The notes under the pieces are model-generated. The model was not told the origin of the DNA, did not search any database, and saw only the letters and a program-made list of their open reading frames with translations. The translations under genes and the position numbers were made by a program. A DNA stretch of 64,000 bases from Paraspadella gotoi (Eukaryota > Animalia > Chaetognatha): positions 9,979,056-10,043,055 of the forward strand of contig CM119269.1 of NCBI GenBank assembly GCA_051294375.1. The letters run 5' to 3'. Of the stretch, positions 13,801 through 25,700 are shown in pieces. Every line of letters starts with the position of its first letter. Position 1 is the stretch's first letter.

Positions 13801-15098
13801 GACAGGCAGACAGCAAAGCGTAGTCAACGGTTCAAGCGGAAAATCGCTTCCGCTGGAGAACAAAAACCTTTGTTCTTCTCTTTTGTTTTTTTGTCTCGTT
13901 TCGCGATCGTTTTATTTCGCCGTCCTTATTGTTTTTTTGTATTGCGTAAAGAGAAAACAAATTATAGAGTGACTCGTCTCGGTATCGCGTCCGGGGCTTT
14001 CAGGTTATGTTTCGTTTTCTAAGACATAATTATAAGTACACTCTTCCTTCTTTGTAATTTCCCACATTTTGTTAATATAACGTAATTCTGTCTAAATAAT
14101 TGACTGTTCCAAACCGATGTTTCTATCAAACTATTTACATAGATGAGTTGAAAACACTAGGTTCAGGTAATGTACCAGAATACTCGTTTCATGATGTATT
14201 ACTTATATAATAACAAATGTTTACTTTATAATTTTATTATTTAAACGCCAAAGTATGAGACGCAACACTTTGGAATAAACTTCAATTGTTTTACTTTCTT
14301 CACCATCTAATTTAATTTCATACTTTTATCTTTCTTATCCTCTGCCTCGGTATTCTCTTTATTTATAAAAATTAAGCTTCTCATCTCGAAACTCTATCAG
14401 TCAATCATGAAAAAAAAAACCTAGACATAAAAATGCACATATACTATTAAAAATATATAATTTACTTTAAAAATTATAATATTGAATATTATCAAATATT
14501 TAAGTTTTATTCCATATTGAAGAATGCTTAAAACTTAACGTTTAGCTTAATATGATTGTTATTTAATATAGTACTTTTAAACATTGATATCCTACGTCAA
14601 GTAGTGTAGTCGTTTTTATTTTCTGTTTTTTTAAAACAAAGAAAACAACGCTATCGCAACAAACGCGCAACAATTGATGATTCAACAATGAGACCAACAC
14701 GATGAAAAGTTCATGCAGAATCTGAGTATTACATCAGGTACTGAGTAATAAAACTAACGTCAGTATCTTAAGTAATTCTCTCACGCTGCAGATAATATCC
14801 GACGCATAATCAAAAATATAAGGACGCATCATCACGAAATTCACGACGCAGCGGATAACCTAGAAAGACTGAAAACGTTATGCATACGCTACGCAGTACG
14901 CATTTTTGATTGCAACCTTCTAAATATTCTTATACGAAATCTATATCTAACGATCGTGTATCAAAAAAATTTAATTAATCATTAAAAAGTGACCAAAGGA
15001 CGGAGATAGTGTTATGGCAAATAAAAGTAATTTAAAGAATTGACGTTTTTTATTTTCAGATTGACTAGATCTGGATAGCGTTTTTCCTTCAAGAAAAC

Positions 15099-15211
15099 TA
15101 ATGTGAAAAAAGTAAGCTTATAGAATCGTGAAAACACGACAAATTCAGTGTAATTAAAATGGAGTTTTTGTCGTATTTTCACGATTCTATCAGCTTACTT
15201 TTTTCACATTA
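15099..15211. repeat. Near-perfect 45-bp inverted repeat with a 23-nt spacer
   Basis: taatgtgaaaaaagtaagcttatagaatcgtgaaaacacgacaaa / tttgtcgtattttcacgattctatcagcttacttttttcacatta. Confidence 0.9.
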
Positions 15212-15462
15212 TTACTTTTAAATAATTCTATAATTTCAATTACTTGTACCTAAAATACAGCTCGTTTTACAACTGAACATTTAATATTATTCAAAACTGT
15301 CCCTTCAATTTTTTTTTCATTTAGGTCAATTTTAGATTCAATTTTCTCTACCAATTGGTTCCATGAGATTCAATTCGATTCAATTTGATTCAATCCTTTG
15401 GAGTGCTAGATATAATGCCCTTAACCATTTCCCCAAATTCCGCTTCCTCCCCTTAAACTTAC

Positions 15463-15561
15463 CCGATTGAGTTTTCGATCCCTTAACACGAATCCAATCA
15501 AAATCGTCCCACGAAGATTGAGTGAAGCCGCAGCTCAAGTCAGTCTCGAAATCGCAAGTTC
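15463..15561 (-). CDS. Multi-MAM protein exon L (start of MAM4, last visible exon): (R)TCDFETDLSCGFTQSSWDDFDWIRVKGSKTQS
   Basis: ccgcag acceptor, gtaagt donor, 99 nt, phase 1 to 1. CDFE..CGF.Q...DDFDW.R motif. Confidence 0.9.
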
Positions 15562-16468
15562 CTGCGGGTGAGTATCGGAGTCAGGTGAGGTAAGTAATCG
15601 AACGGGTGAGGGTCAAGTTATGTCCAATAATGTCACGTGTTTATGGACAAGTAATAGTCGAGACTATTCATTGTTGTCGACAGATAAATTTCAAATAATT
15701 ATTTCTAATCCGTCCAAATTTTACTTTTTACATAGTAATTTGATAAAATAAAATAAACTCATCATTTTAATTCATAATAATAAATAAACCACAAAATGAA
15801 ATAACCCTTAGTTTTGTTAAAAATAAAAAGGACAGAAATAGACAGAAAGACGTAACAAAAAAAAAACAGGCGTTTAGATAGAGAGACAGAGAAGTATCAA
15901 TACAGACAGCAAGCCTGCGCAGACTGACTGGCGTTCAGAGAGAGAGAGAGTTAATTTGATAAATTAATGAATAAGTTTCTTGATTAAATGATAATTTGTT
16001 TTAAGCATGATAGCGACATTGGTCGACATTGTATAAACCAACGACGAAGTCATAAAAACGAAGTCAAGACAAACAAATAACATTAAAACAACAACAACGA
16101 CAACGACGACAAAAACAAACACACAAGCGCGAAACTTTGGCGCGGGTTTACGTCAAGTCTTGTTGCGGCGGCGGCTGCGGCGGCGGCGGTGAAGGCAAAG
16201 TCCGTGAAGACGCCTTAATGCGGCACTTTTAATCAAGTTTCTTCGTCATAAAAATGTCATATATCTCCTTTGTTCTTCATTTCCCTTCTCCTGCCGCCGC
16301 CGCCGCCGATGCCGCCGCCGTCGCCACCATCGCTTAAAATCATGAAAAGGAAATGATTAAAAATGGCAGATGACAGAGACAGAGACAAAGAGGGGGTGAA
16401 GAGAGGGAAAATAAAAGAGAGATAGGGAGAAAGAAAAGAGACACATACAGAGAGAGGGAGAGAGAGAG

Positions 16469-16469
<1 letters not shown>

Positions 16470-16559
<90 letters not shown>

Positions 16560-16560
16560 A
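16470..16560. repeat. (GAAA)n microsatellite at the left boundary of the triplicated block
   Basis: Directly visible. A degraded GAAA tract also forms the A/B junction at 22615-22720. Confidence 0.95.
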
Positions 16561-17166
16561 ACCGGTGGAAATTAATTTTGTCAATAAATCGATTCTCTTC
16601 CTGCAATACGATGCAAGATTGCAATTTTCCAGAGAGGCAACTTACCACCTGACCTTAACCTAACCAGCGAATAGATAAGGTGGCGGCAGCTCACTTAATA
16701 TCAACTACACCAGTGAACTAAAGGTGAGTTTTTGGGTAAGGTATCATCGGGAGACTTTGTCGGCCTTGAGATGTGATTGCTCGTCTCCTTCCCGGATCAT
16801 CCGAAAGCCGACGAATCACATACCTTATTCTAAACTTAGATTGACCAATGACAGAAGTCATCGGGCGTAATTGGCGATTGAGCCCAAGACTCTTTTCAGC
16901 ATTCAACCTCGAGAAACAATCTTTCTTCTTATTACAAACAAACTGTAATTGAATAAATAAGTATTAATAATTGCCTCCTTAGTCATCGTATCTGTTATCA
17001 TCTTTGTCGTCGCCTTTATCATTGTCCTTCGATAATAAACTATTGTCTTCACTTAATAATTATCTTTGTTATTTGAATAAACGTTAACCGTGTGTAAGGG
17101 TTATTTTTTAAACGAATCGGAATAGTTCGTCAGACGACGACGACGACGACGACGACGACGACTTAC

Positions 17167-17257
17167 TTTTCGGGGGACAGTCCCCTCTGTAAATGGCGAG
17201 ATCGTCCATCGCAATGTCCCAAGAGTAAGTGTAGAGGTTCTTCACTCTAAAATCAAT
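17167..17257 (-). CDS. Multi-MAM protein exon K (end of MAM3): IDFRVKNLYTYSWDIAMDDLAIYRGDCPPK
   Basis: ttttag acceptor, gtaagt donor, 91 nt, phase 0 to 1. DIAxDD...GxC motif. Confidence 0.9.
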
Positions 17258-17808
17258 CTAAAAAGGGAGAGTGGAATAACAAAAGAAAACATTTGGAATA
17301 TAGTTCACTTTTTTAAGTTAGTAAATCAATTTAAAAATTTCTAAAAAAAGGAAAAAGATATTCATTAAATTCAAGAATATGAGAAACGTTGAATGCTTAA
17401 GAGGAAAAAATAAATAAATATTTGCGACGGGGAATTTCATCCTTATGCGCAAGGAAAATAAGACAAATAATTCTTTAAAAAAATTTTAAAAAAGCAGGCG
17501 GTTTTTAAAAACAAAATGTGTTGCGACGCAGTGACTCTATTTTCACGTGTATTTCTCTTTGATCACATGATATGATATGATATGACCTGACATGACACGA
17601 CATGACTAAAAAACTTTCTTTGCCCGTGTATTTATGACATGCATTGCAACGAAATTCCGTCTTTTATTTCTTATAGTTTAATGATTTCCTGAAAGGCAGC
17701 GCGAGTTGTCCCTTAGATTTGAGGTTTTCTCCAGTTTCAACAAATGAGTAATCAACTATAGGCGAATTATATGCATTTAATGAAATTGGTACAACCATTT
17801 AATGTAAG

Positions 17809-17888
17809 TGTAACAGACCGACCGACCGACAGTTCGACCGAAAAGTGACTTATAGGGTTGCTCCGCGAGTATTCGCGGCGCAACTAAT
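17809..17888 (-). mobile_element. HINE/DINE-1-like (Helentron-associated) element end
   Basis: GC-rich hairpin GTTGC-T-CCGCGA-gtat-TCGCGG-C-GCAAC next to a (GTCG)n microsatellite. Same layout in all three block copies. Family call by resemblance only. Confidence 0.4.
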
Positions 17889-17959
17889 ACACGAGCGATT
17901 TCTATAAAAAAGAAATATTAGTGATTTTTTGAGAAATGAAAGTCTCCTTTTGCTCTGAC

Positions 17960-18091
17960 CTGCACGTCGACTCCTGATGGCGCCTCTAGCGGCAGAGTGT
18001 AGTGTCGCCAGACGTCGTCGTCTTCACCAACGACTGAGAAGACGTTCGTCTTAGATCCGGAGAATTTGAGAAAAATGTCGAAGGAGGGAGC
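17960..18091 (-). CDS. Multi-MAM protein exon J (MAM3): APSFDIFLKFSGSKTNVFSVVGEDDDVWRHYTLPLEAPSGVDVQ
   Basis: ccccag acceptor, gtcaga donor, 132 nt, phase 0 to 0. G....W motif. Confidence 0.85.
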
Positions 18092-18444
18092 CTGGGGATG
18101 GGGGATAAAGGGATTGGGGATAAATGTTTGGGAATTAAAGATCGGGGGATTGAGGAGAGGATGGGATAAGGGAATGGGAATAAGGGATAGGGATGAAGAA
18201 ATGGAGTTAGGGATCGGGGATAAAGGTTTGAGGATAAAGGATTGGAGAATGGGGATTAGGAAAGGGCTACCGGAGGCCATCTAATTCCATCTATTTCCCA
18301 TCTCCACCCCATCTCCCCTCCATCTCTATCCCATCTACTTCCCATCTCTTTCTCTTCTCATTCTCATCCACTTCCCATCTCCTTCCCATCTCTTACCCAT
18401 CTACTTCCCATCTCTTTCTCATCACCTTCCCATCTCTTTCTTAC

Positions 18445-18524
18445 CGACCATCCCTGACGGCGGAGAAAAAATTCGACGCAGAATGGCTCCATGACTGGAT
18501 TGGTGGGTCGAGGCGAGATCGGGG
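18445..18524 (-). CDS. Multi-MAM protein exon I (MAM3): (A)PISPRPTNPVMEPFCVEFFLRRQGWS
   Basis: tttcag acceptor, gtaaga donor, 80 nt, phase 1 to 0. CxxF strand. Frame fits both neighbours. Confidence 0.83.
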
Positions 18525-18804
18525 CTGAAAAAGAAAGGGAAGGAAAGAAAAACAGGAAAGAAAGGAAGAAAGAAAGGAAGGTAGTAAAATGGGAGGATAG
18601 GAATAAAAATAAAAGAAAAGAGTAGGAATGGAAAATGAAAAAGATAGTGGGAGAATATTAAATAAAAGGAAAGATTAGAAAAAGTAAGAAAAGTAAAAAA
18701 AAAGAAAGATAAAAAAAAGGAAAAATTAGAAATCAGATACTAAAAACTAAACATCTCAGTTATAACATTTTTCTCTTCAAATTATAATAATTACAAAGAC
18801 TAAC

Positions 18805-18900
18805 CCGGAGTCGACGTTTGCTCCAGGACGAAAACTGGTGAGGCCAAAACGCAATCGTAGTTTTTTCCATATCCGGCGGATGTGACGTGAACGTAATGAC
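18805..18900 (-). CDS. Multi-MAM protein exon H (MAM3): (G)HYVHVTSAGYGKNYDCVLASPVFVLEQTSTP
   Basis: tttcag acceptor, gttagt donor, 96 nt, phase 1 to 1. GHY and L.SP motifs. Confidence 0.87.
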
Positions 18901-19547
18901 CTGAAAGACGAAACGGAAAATGTGAGTCGTCGTCATTAAATTCGTCGTCGTCATCATCGTCTATATCATCATCGTCATCCTCTTTGTCATCGTCGTCGTC
19001 TTCATCCTTATCGTGAGAATCTCGAAAACCCTAATCTTCTCATCTCTTCCCATCAAATCTTTCGTCAAACATCAAAAACTTTCATTTTCTCAAAACCGAA
19101 AAATCTTTCAAAATCTCGAATTAATTAAAAATCTCATTTTTCTCCTTTTTTAATTTTTTTTCAGTCGAAAAATTTCTGAGATCCAAAGATTTCTGTCACA
19201 ATCCTTTAAATTTCTTTATATTCTATCGGTTGCTACGTAAAAAATTGAAACAATGCAAACATGCAAATTTCATAATAACTATTCACCTTACAATGATATA
19301 TATACATTTTGTATTCATTTTGAGAATTAATGTGCTAAATGCGAACACAATAGTTTGCAAAATTTTGAAGGGACATCAGATGCACAGGTGAGGTAAATTG
19401 AATTAAGACATTTTTTGTGGGATTTAATTAAATACTGCACTTGTATTCTTAATTCAGTTTGCAAAATATTGCTTACAATGTCTTGAAATCAATCACAAAC
19501 CCTCATCAAGTGACCTCAAAATTTATTCGACCACAACCACAACCAAC

Positions 19548-19671
19548 CGTCGAGTGTGCCGAGGGTGTGATCAGCTTTGGGTCCCACAGTCGTATCCTTG
19601 AAGTGACCCGTCCCGATTTCCCAAATCTTTCCTTTGTCTGGAGTTGAGGTGTAACCGCAGAAGGTTGAGTT
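19548..19671 (-). CDS. Multi-MAM protein exon G (MAM3): NSTFCGYTSTPDKGKIWEIGTGHFKDTTVGPKADHTLGTLD(G)
   Basis: tctcag acceptor, gttggt donor, 124 nt, phase 0 to 1. GP..DHTLG motif. Confidence 0.9.
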
Positions 19672-20242
19672 CTGAGAATGAGAAGGAGAAGGAGAATGAG
19701 AAGGAAGAAGAAACATTCCGAGAATGTTGAAAGACTTTCCAAAAAAGTTACATTCTGAGAAGATAGAAAAACATTATTGAATTGTAGACAGACGCTGAGA
19801 GAAAAAGGAAGAAGAGACATTCTGAGAAAGTTTCAAGAAATATTACTTTTTTTACAAAGTAGAGAAACATTCGAGTCAGGATATAAAATAGGCAAAAAGG
19901 AAGTGAAATTTCCTGAAATTTACATAAAATAAGGAAAATCAGGAAAAGGAAAAATTCTAAATAAAATTGTAAAAATTTTCAAATCAAACTTTTTTTTTTG
20001 ACTTTGGAAGGAAATTTTCTAAAAAAATTAGGAAAATAAAGAAAATGAAATTGATTTACTGGAGGAATGAAAATAAGAGACATTCAAGTGAGCGTGAACG
20101 AGTACTGGTCAAACAGAGAAAGAGAGAGATAGATAGGTTAACATACTTAAATTAGGCAAAACACTGAAAGAGTCTTTTTACTCAAAACTTATTTCCGCCC
20201 AATCAACCCCCACCAAGAGCTCTCTCCATCCCCAATACGTAC

Positions 20243-20434
20243 CTCGAAGTCGCACCGCGTCCCCTCGACGAGACGTGGCACGAAAGGGGGCGCTGTCGGT
20301 GGCGCCACCGTCGCGTTGACGCAGGCGCCATCTTTGAGAGAGACGTCGTCGACGGCGACGTCGCTCCGGAAGTTGTCGCCTTTGATCCCTTCGAGGATGA
20401 GCTCGAATGAGGAAGAGGGGGAAGAGATGGGGAG
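20243..20434 (-). CDS. Multi-MAM protein exon F (end of MAM2, Pro-rich linker, start of MAM3): LPISSPSSSFELILEGIKGDNFRSDVAVDDVSLKDGACVNATVAPPTAPPFVPRLVEGTRCDFE
   Basis: ccacag acceptor, gtacgt donor, 192 nt, phase 0 to 0. LEG..G...DVAVDD..C then CDFE. Confidence 0.88.
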
Positions 20435-20861
20435 CTGTGGGAGGAGGAGAGGGAGGGGAAGGAAGAGGGGAGAGAGAGGGGGAGGAAGGGAGGAAGGAGA
20501 GGGAGAGAAGAGGGAGGAAAAAGTGGGAGAGAGGACGGGTTGAGGGGTAGGGTAGAAGGAAGGATTGGAATAAATGAATGAATTAACATTACATTTGAAA
20601 TGATTGATCGATTAATTGAGAGAATTAAATTAAAGCATTTGATTCTAGGCTTTATACGCGAAGTACAGAGCAAGTAAAAGCAAATCTATGCGAAATCTAT
20701 TTAATTCATTTCAACCTAATTCAATTCTATTTCATTTCATTCAATTCAATTCTATTCATTTCAATTCAATTCAATTCACTTCTATTTTATTCTATTCCAT
20801 TCTAATCCATTTCTATTCTATTCAATTCAATTCAATTGTCTCGCTGCCCCCCCCCATCAAC

Positions 20862-20994
20862 CTGAGCCTTGATCCAAATGTCTCCAAAATTTCCTGTCTT
20901 GTGAAAAAGAGTTTTTGTTTCGTCTGAGGCTCCGTTGCCTAATTCGCGTTGCAGAATGTTGAGGGTTCCGTTGCCGTCGCCGTACATGTGGTAC
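20862..20994 (-). CDS. Multi-MAM protein exon E (MAM2): YHMYGDGNGTLNILQRELGNGASDETKTLFHKTGNFGDIWIKAQ
   Basis: atccag acceptor, gttgat donor, 133 nt, phase 2 to 0. Completes FWYHMYG..GTL. Confidence 0.9.
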
Positions 20995-21225
20995 CTGGAT
21001 TGAGAGAGGGGAGGAGGGGGAGGGGAAGATGGGGAAGGGAGAAGGGAGGGAAGAAGGTAGGGAGTTAGGAAGGTTGGGGTAAGAAACAGGGAATAAGGAA
21101 GAGGAGGACAGAGAGAGAAAGCGAGGAGGGGGAAGTGAGAGAAAGAAAGTGAAATGTACACTTGTATACACTCGTATAAAGTACGTCTATTGGGCTTTTC
21201 GTCTAAATAATACAGAAGAGAGAGA

Positions 21226-21276
<51 letters not shown>

Positions 21277-21442
21277 AGAGAGAGAAGAGAGAGAGAGTGA
21301 GAGAGAGAGAGAATGAATACAATTATAAAAAAGCACAACATCACTATGAGTAACCCAATTACTTATAATTCGTGTTTCATCGCCGGCCTAGGTGCACAAT
21401 ATGTTCATCCCGCCTATAAGCTACAAAGTTACCTTCAGTCGT

Positions 21443-21660
21443 GAGCAGGTGGCTCGTTTAGTAATACCATCAGCTCATGACCATTATAGAACCGGGATCA
21501 ATTCCAAATGGTAACTACCCTGCGGGAAGCGTGAGGACGGCCGTAAACCGCCTTGAGGGCCTAAAAAACCCTCAAGCCTGTTTGCAAGCCCAGGACACGT
21601 CCCATTGCTGATGAGAGGGCACAGAAGATACGGATAATAATCTTCTGCCCACTTAGCGCT
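21443..21660 (+). mobile_element. tRNA-derived SINE-like element (copies at about 27515 and 33095)
   Basis: A-box-like TGGCTCGTTTAG (21450) and B-box-like GGATCAATTCC (21495), then a GC-richer body resembling 35465-35530. Confidence 0.5.
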
Positions 21661-21720
21661 TCATCAACATTATTTTCTACAACAACAACGACAAAACGAC
21701 GACGACGACGACGACTTTAC

Positions 21721-21826
21721 CAAAAGGTGAAACAGGCTTCGCTAATTGGCTGGAATGAGGGAGAGTGAAAGAGAGCCTTGTCCTTTCTCTTCACCGGATT
21801 GCTCGTCTCGATGTAGATCATTCCAC
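21721..21826 (-). CDS. Multi-MAM protein exon D (MAM2): (G)GMIYIETSNPVKRKDKALFHSPSFQPISEACFTF(W)
   Basis: ttag acceptor, gtaaag donor, 106 nt, phase 1 to 2. YIETS, A.L.SP-like and CxxFW motifs. Intact in this copy. Confidence 0.9.
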
Positions 21827-22720
21827 CTAAGATAAAATGGACAATTTACAGAAATAAGATGTATGTGCCTGAGCAATCAGAATGTCAAAAGTTGTTTTCA
21901 CAACCACAATGGCAGCCTTTTTCATTTTATAATTTTTATAGTTAAAGCTTAAAGAAAAAAAAATTCAGCTTTAAAAAAAAATTACAAAAGAACATCGATC
22001 TTGCAAGAATTTTTTTTTCATACTGCCAAGACATTATACTAACTAATAAATGTAAAAGAAATGAAAATATTTAGTTTAAGCTTTTTTCGTAATGAGTTTG
22101 AAGTATCAAAAAGGAGGTGGGGGAAAGTTCTTGAAAGACACACGCACTAGTTGTTATGACATTAAGCATTCTCAATTTATTATATAGTATCATAAACGTC
22201 AGGGAATTTTCCAACTAATAAAATGATCAAATATCAATCATAGTCAGTCAGTTAAGAGTTATAACAACTCTTTTCATTTCACTCCCACTTGAAATCCGTT
22301 TAGCTTTATCAAAGGTTGTTAATCAGTTATCGGTTGTCATTTGATCGGGAAACGAATAATTACTTTAATCATATGTAATCAAGTATCGAAACGAGCATGA
22401 TTGATATAAATATTTAATTTGGTTTTCAAAATTAAACACCGAAAAAATTGATGTGAATATAGAAAAACAACCCAATAACAAATAAATAATTTACAAATAT
22501 CATATACTAAACGAGAAATACATCATTTTCCAAGCCAAGAAACGAATTAGTTGCTAAGAATAAATCGGACGAAAAAAAAAACAAACAAAGAAAAAAAATC
22601 AATCAATTTAGTGAGAAAGAAAGACCAAGAGGTAAATAGAGAAGAAAGAAAGAAAGAAACAAGAAAGAAAGGAAAGAAAAAGAAGAAAGAAAGAAAGAAG
22701 AAGAAAGAAAAGAAGAAGAA

Positions 22721-25700
22721 ACGGTGATAATTTAATTTTGTCAATAAATCGATTTCCTTCCTGCAATCACGATGCAAGATTGCAATTTTCCAGAGAGGCA
22801 ATCTTACCACCTGACCTTACCTAACCAGCGAATAGATAAGGTGACGGCAGCTCACTTCAAATATCAACATGTACCAGTTCGAATAGGTATCGAAAGAGCT
22901 AGTTTTTGGGTAAGGTATCATGGGAAGACTTTGTCGGCCTTGAGTAGTCATTGCTCGTCTCCTTCCGGATCATCCGAAAGCCGACGAATCCAAACTTATC
23001 TAAACTTCAATGAACAGTCATTCGGGCGTAATGGCGATTGAGCCAAGGACTGCTTTTCACATTCAACCTCGAGAAACAATCTCTTCTTTTACAAAACAAA
23101 CTCTAATTGAAAAATAAGTATAATAATTGCCTCCCTTCATCATCGTATTCGTTCATCATCTTTGTCGTCTGCCTTTTCATTGTCCTTCGATAATAACATA
23201 TTTCTTCACTACAATATATTATCTTTGTTATTGTAATAAACGTTAACCGTGTGTAAGGGTATTTTTAAACGAATCCGAAAGTTCGTCAGACGACCGACGA
23301 CGACGACGAGACGACACCGACGACGACGACTTATCTTTTCGGGGAACAGTCCCCTTCTGATAATGGCGAGATGTCCATCGCATGCCAGAAAAGTAGGGTT
23401 CACTCTAACCCAGGAAGGATACAGAATTGAATAGTAGTTCACTATTTTGAAGTAGTAAATTCATTTAAAAATTTCTAAAAAGGAAAAAGATACTCATTAA
23501 TTCTAAGAATATGAGAAACGTTGAATGCTAGAGGATAAAAATAAATATTTGGACGCAGGAATTCCACTATGCGCAAGGAAAATAAACAAAAATTCTTTAA
23601 AAAATTTAAAAAAGCAGGCGGTTTAAGACAACAACATGTTTGCGACGCAGTGACTCTATTTCACTGTATATTTCTCTTTGATCCATGATATGATATGATA
23701 TGACCTGACATGACACGACATAAGCTAAAAACTTTCTTTGCCCGTGTAATAATATTGAACGCATTGCAACGAAATTCCGTTCTTTATTCGTTATAGTTTA
23801 ATGATTTCCTGAAATGCAGCGCGAGTTGTCCACTTAGATTTTCCGAGGTTTCTTCCAGGTTTCAACAAATGGTAATCACTATAGGCGACATTATATGTCA
23901 TTTAATGAATTGGTACAACCATTTATGTAAGTGTAACAGACCGAGACGACAAAGTTCGAACCACGAAAAGTGACTCTATAGGGTGCTTCCGCGAGTATTC
24001 GCGGCGCAACCAATACACCAGCGTTTCTAGTAAATAAGAATATTAGTGATTTTTTGAGAAATGTAAATAGTCTCCTTTGCTCTGACCTGCACGCGATCCT
24101 GTGCGCCTCTACGGCAGAGTGTAGTGTCGCCCAGCGTCGTCGTCTTCACCAACGACGAGAAGACGTTCGTCTTAGATCCGGAGAATTTGAGGAAAAATGT
24201 CGAAGGAGGGAGCCTGGGATGGGATAAGGGATTTGGGGATAAATGTTTGGAATTAAGATCGGGGATTAGGAGAGGATGGGATAAGGAATGGGAAAAGGGA
24301 TAGGGATGAAGAAATGGAGTTAGGGATCGGGGATAAAGGTTTGAGGATAAAGGATTGGAGAATGGGATAGAAAGGGCTACCGGAGGCCATCTTAATTTCA
24401 TCTATTCCCCATCTCCCCCCATCTCCCCTCCATCTCTATCCCATTCACTTCCCATCTCTTTCTCTCTCATTCTCATCCACTCCCTCTCCTTCCCATCTCT
24501 TACCCATCTACTTCCCATCTCTTTCTCATCACCTTCCCATCTCTTTCTTACCGACCATCCCTGACGGCGGAGAAAAAATTCGACGCAGATGGCTCCATGA
24601 CTGGATTGGTGGGTCGAGGCGAGATCGGGGCTGGAAAAAGAAGGGAAGGGAAAGAAAAACAGGAAAGAAAGAAGAAAGAAAAGGAAGGTAGTAAAATGGG
24701 AGGATAGGATAAATAAATAAAGAAAAGAGTAGGAATGGAAAATGAAAAGATAGTGCGAGAATATTAAATAAAAGGAAGATAGAAAAAGTAAGAAAAGTAA
24801 AAAAAAGAAAGAATAAAAAAAAGGAAAAAATTAGAAATAGATACTAAACAACTAAACATCTCAGTTATAACATTTCTCTTTCAAATTAAATAATTACAAA
24901 AACCTAACCCGGAGTCACGTTTCGTCAGGACGAAAACTGGTGAGGCCAAAACGCAATCGTAGTTTTTTCCATACCGGCGGATGTCACGTGAACGTAATGA
25001 CCTGAAAGACGAAACGGAAAATGTGAGTCGTCGTCATTAAATTCGTCGTCGTCATCATCGCTATAATCATCATGTTCCATCTCTTGTCATCGTCGTCTCT
25101 CATCCTTATCGTGAGAATCTCGAAAACCTAATCTTCTCATCTCTTCCCATCAAATCTTTCGTCAAACATCAAAAACTTTCATTTTCTCAAAAACCGGAAA
25201 AATCTTTCAAAATCTCGAATTAATTAAAATCTCATTTTTCTCCTTTTTAATTTTTTTTTCAGTCGAAAAATTTCTGAGATCCAAAGATTTCTGTTACATT
25301 CAATCCTTAAATTTCTTTATATTCATCGGTGTGCTACGTAAAAAAATTGAAACAATGCAAACATGCAAAATTAATAATAACTATTCAGGCATTCACCTAT
25401 ATAGTATATATATACATTTTGTATTCATTTTTGAGAATTATGTGCTAAATGCGAACACAATAGTTGCAAAATTTGAAAAGGATCAGATGCAACAGGTGAG
25501 GTAAATTGAATTAAGACATTTTTTGTGGGATTTAATTAAATACTGCACTTTATTCTTAATTCATGTTTGCAAAATATTGCTTACAATGTCTTTGAAATCA
25601 ATCACAAACCCTCATCAAGTGACCTCAAAATTTATTCGACCACAACCACAACCAACCGTCGAGGTGATCGGAGGGTGATCAGCTTTGGGTCCCACAGTCG

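Noticed and set aside
21160-21202. Apparent minus-strand exon DEKPNRRTLYECIQV
   Set aside because: Exon D already supplies CFTFW in the correct phase for exon E, and the donor here is weak.
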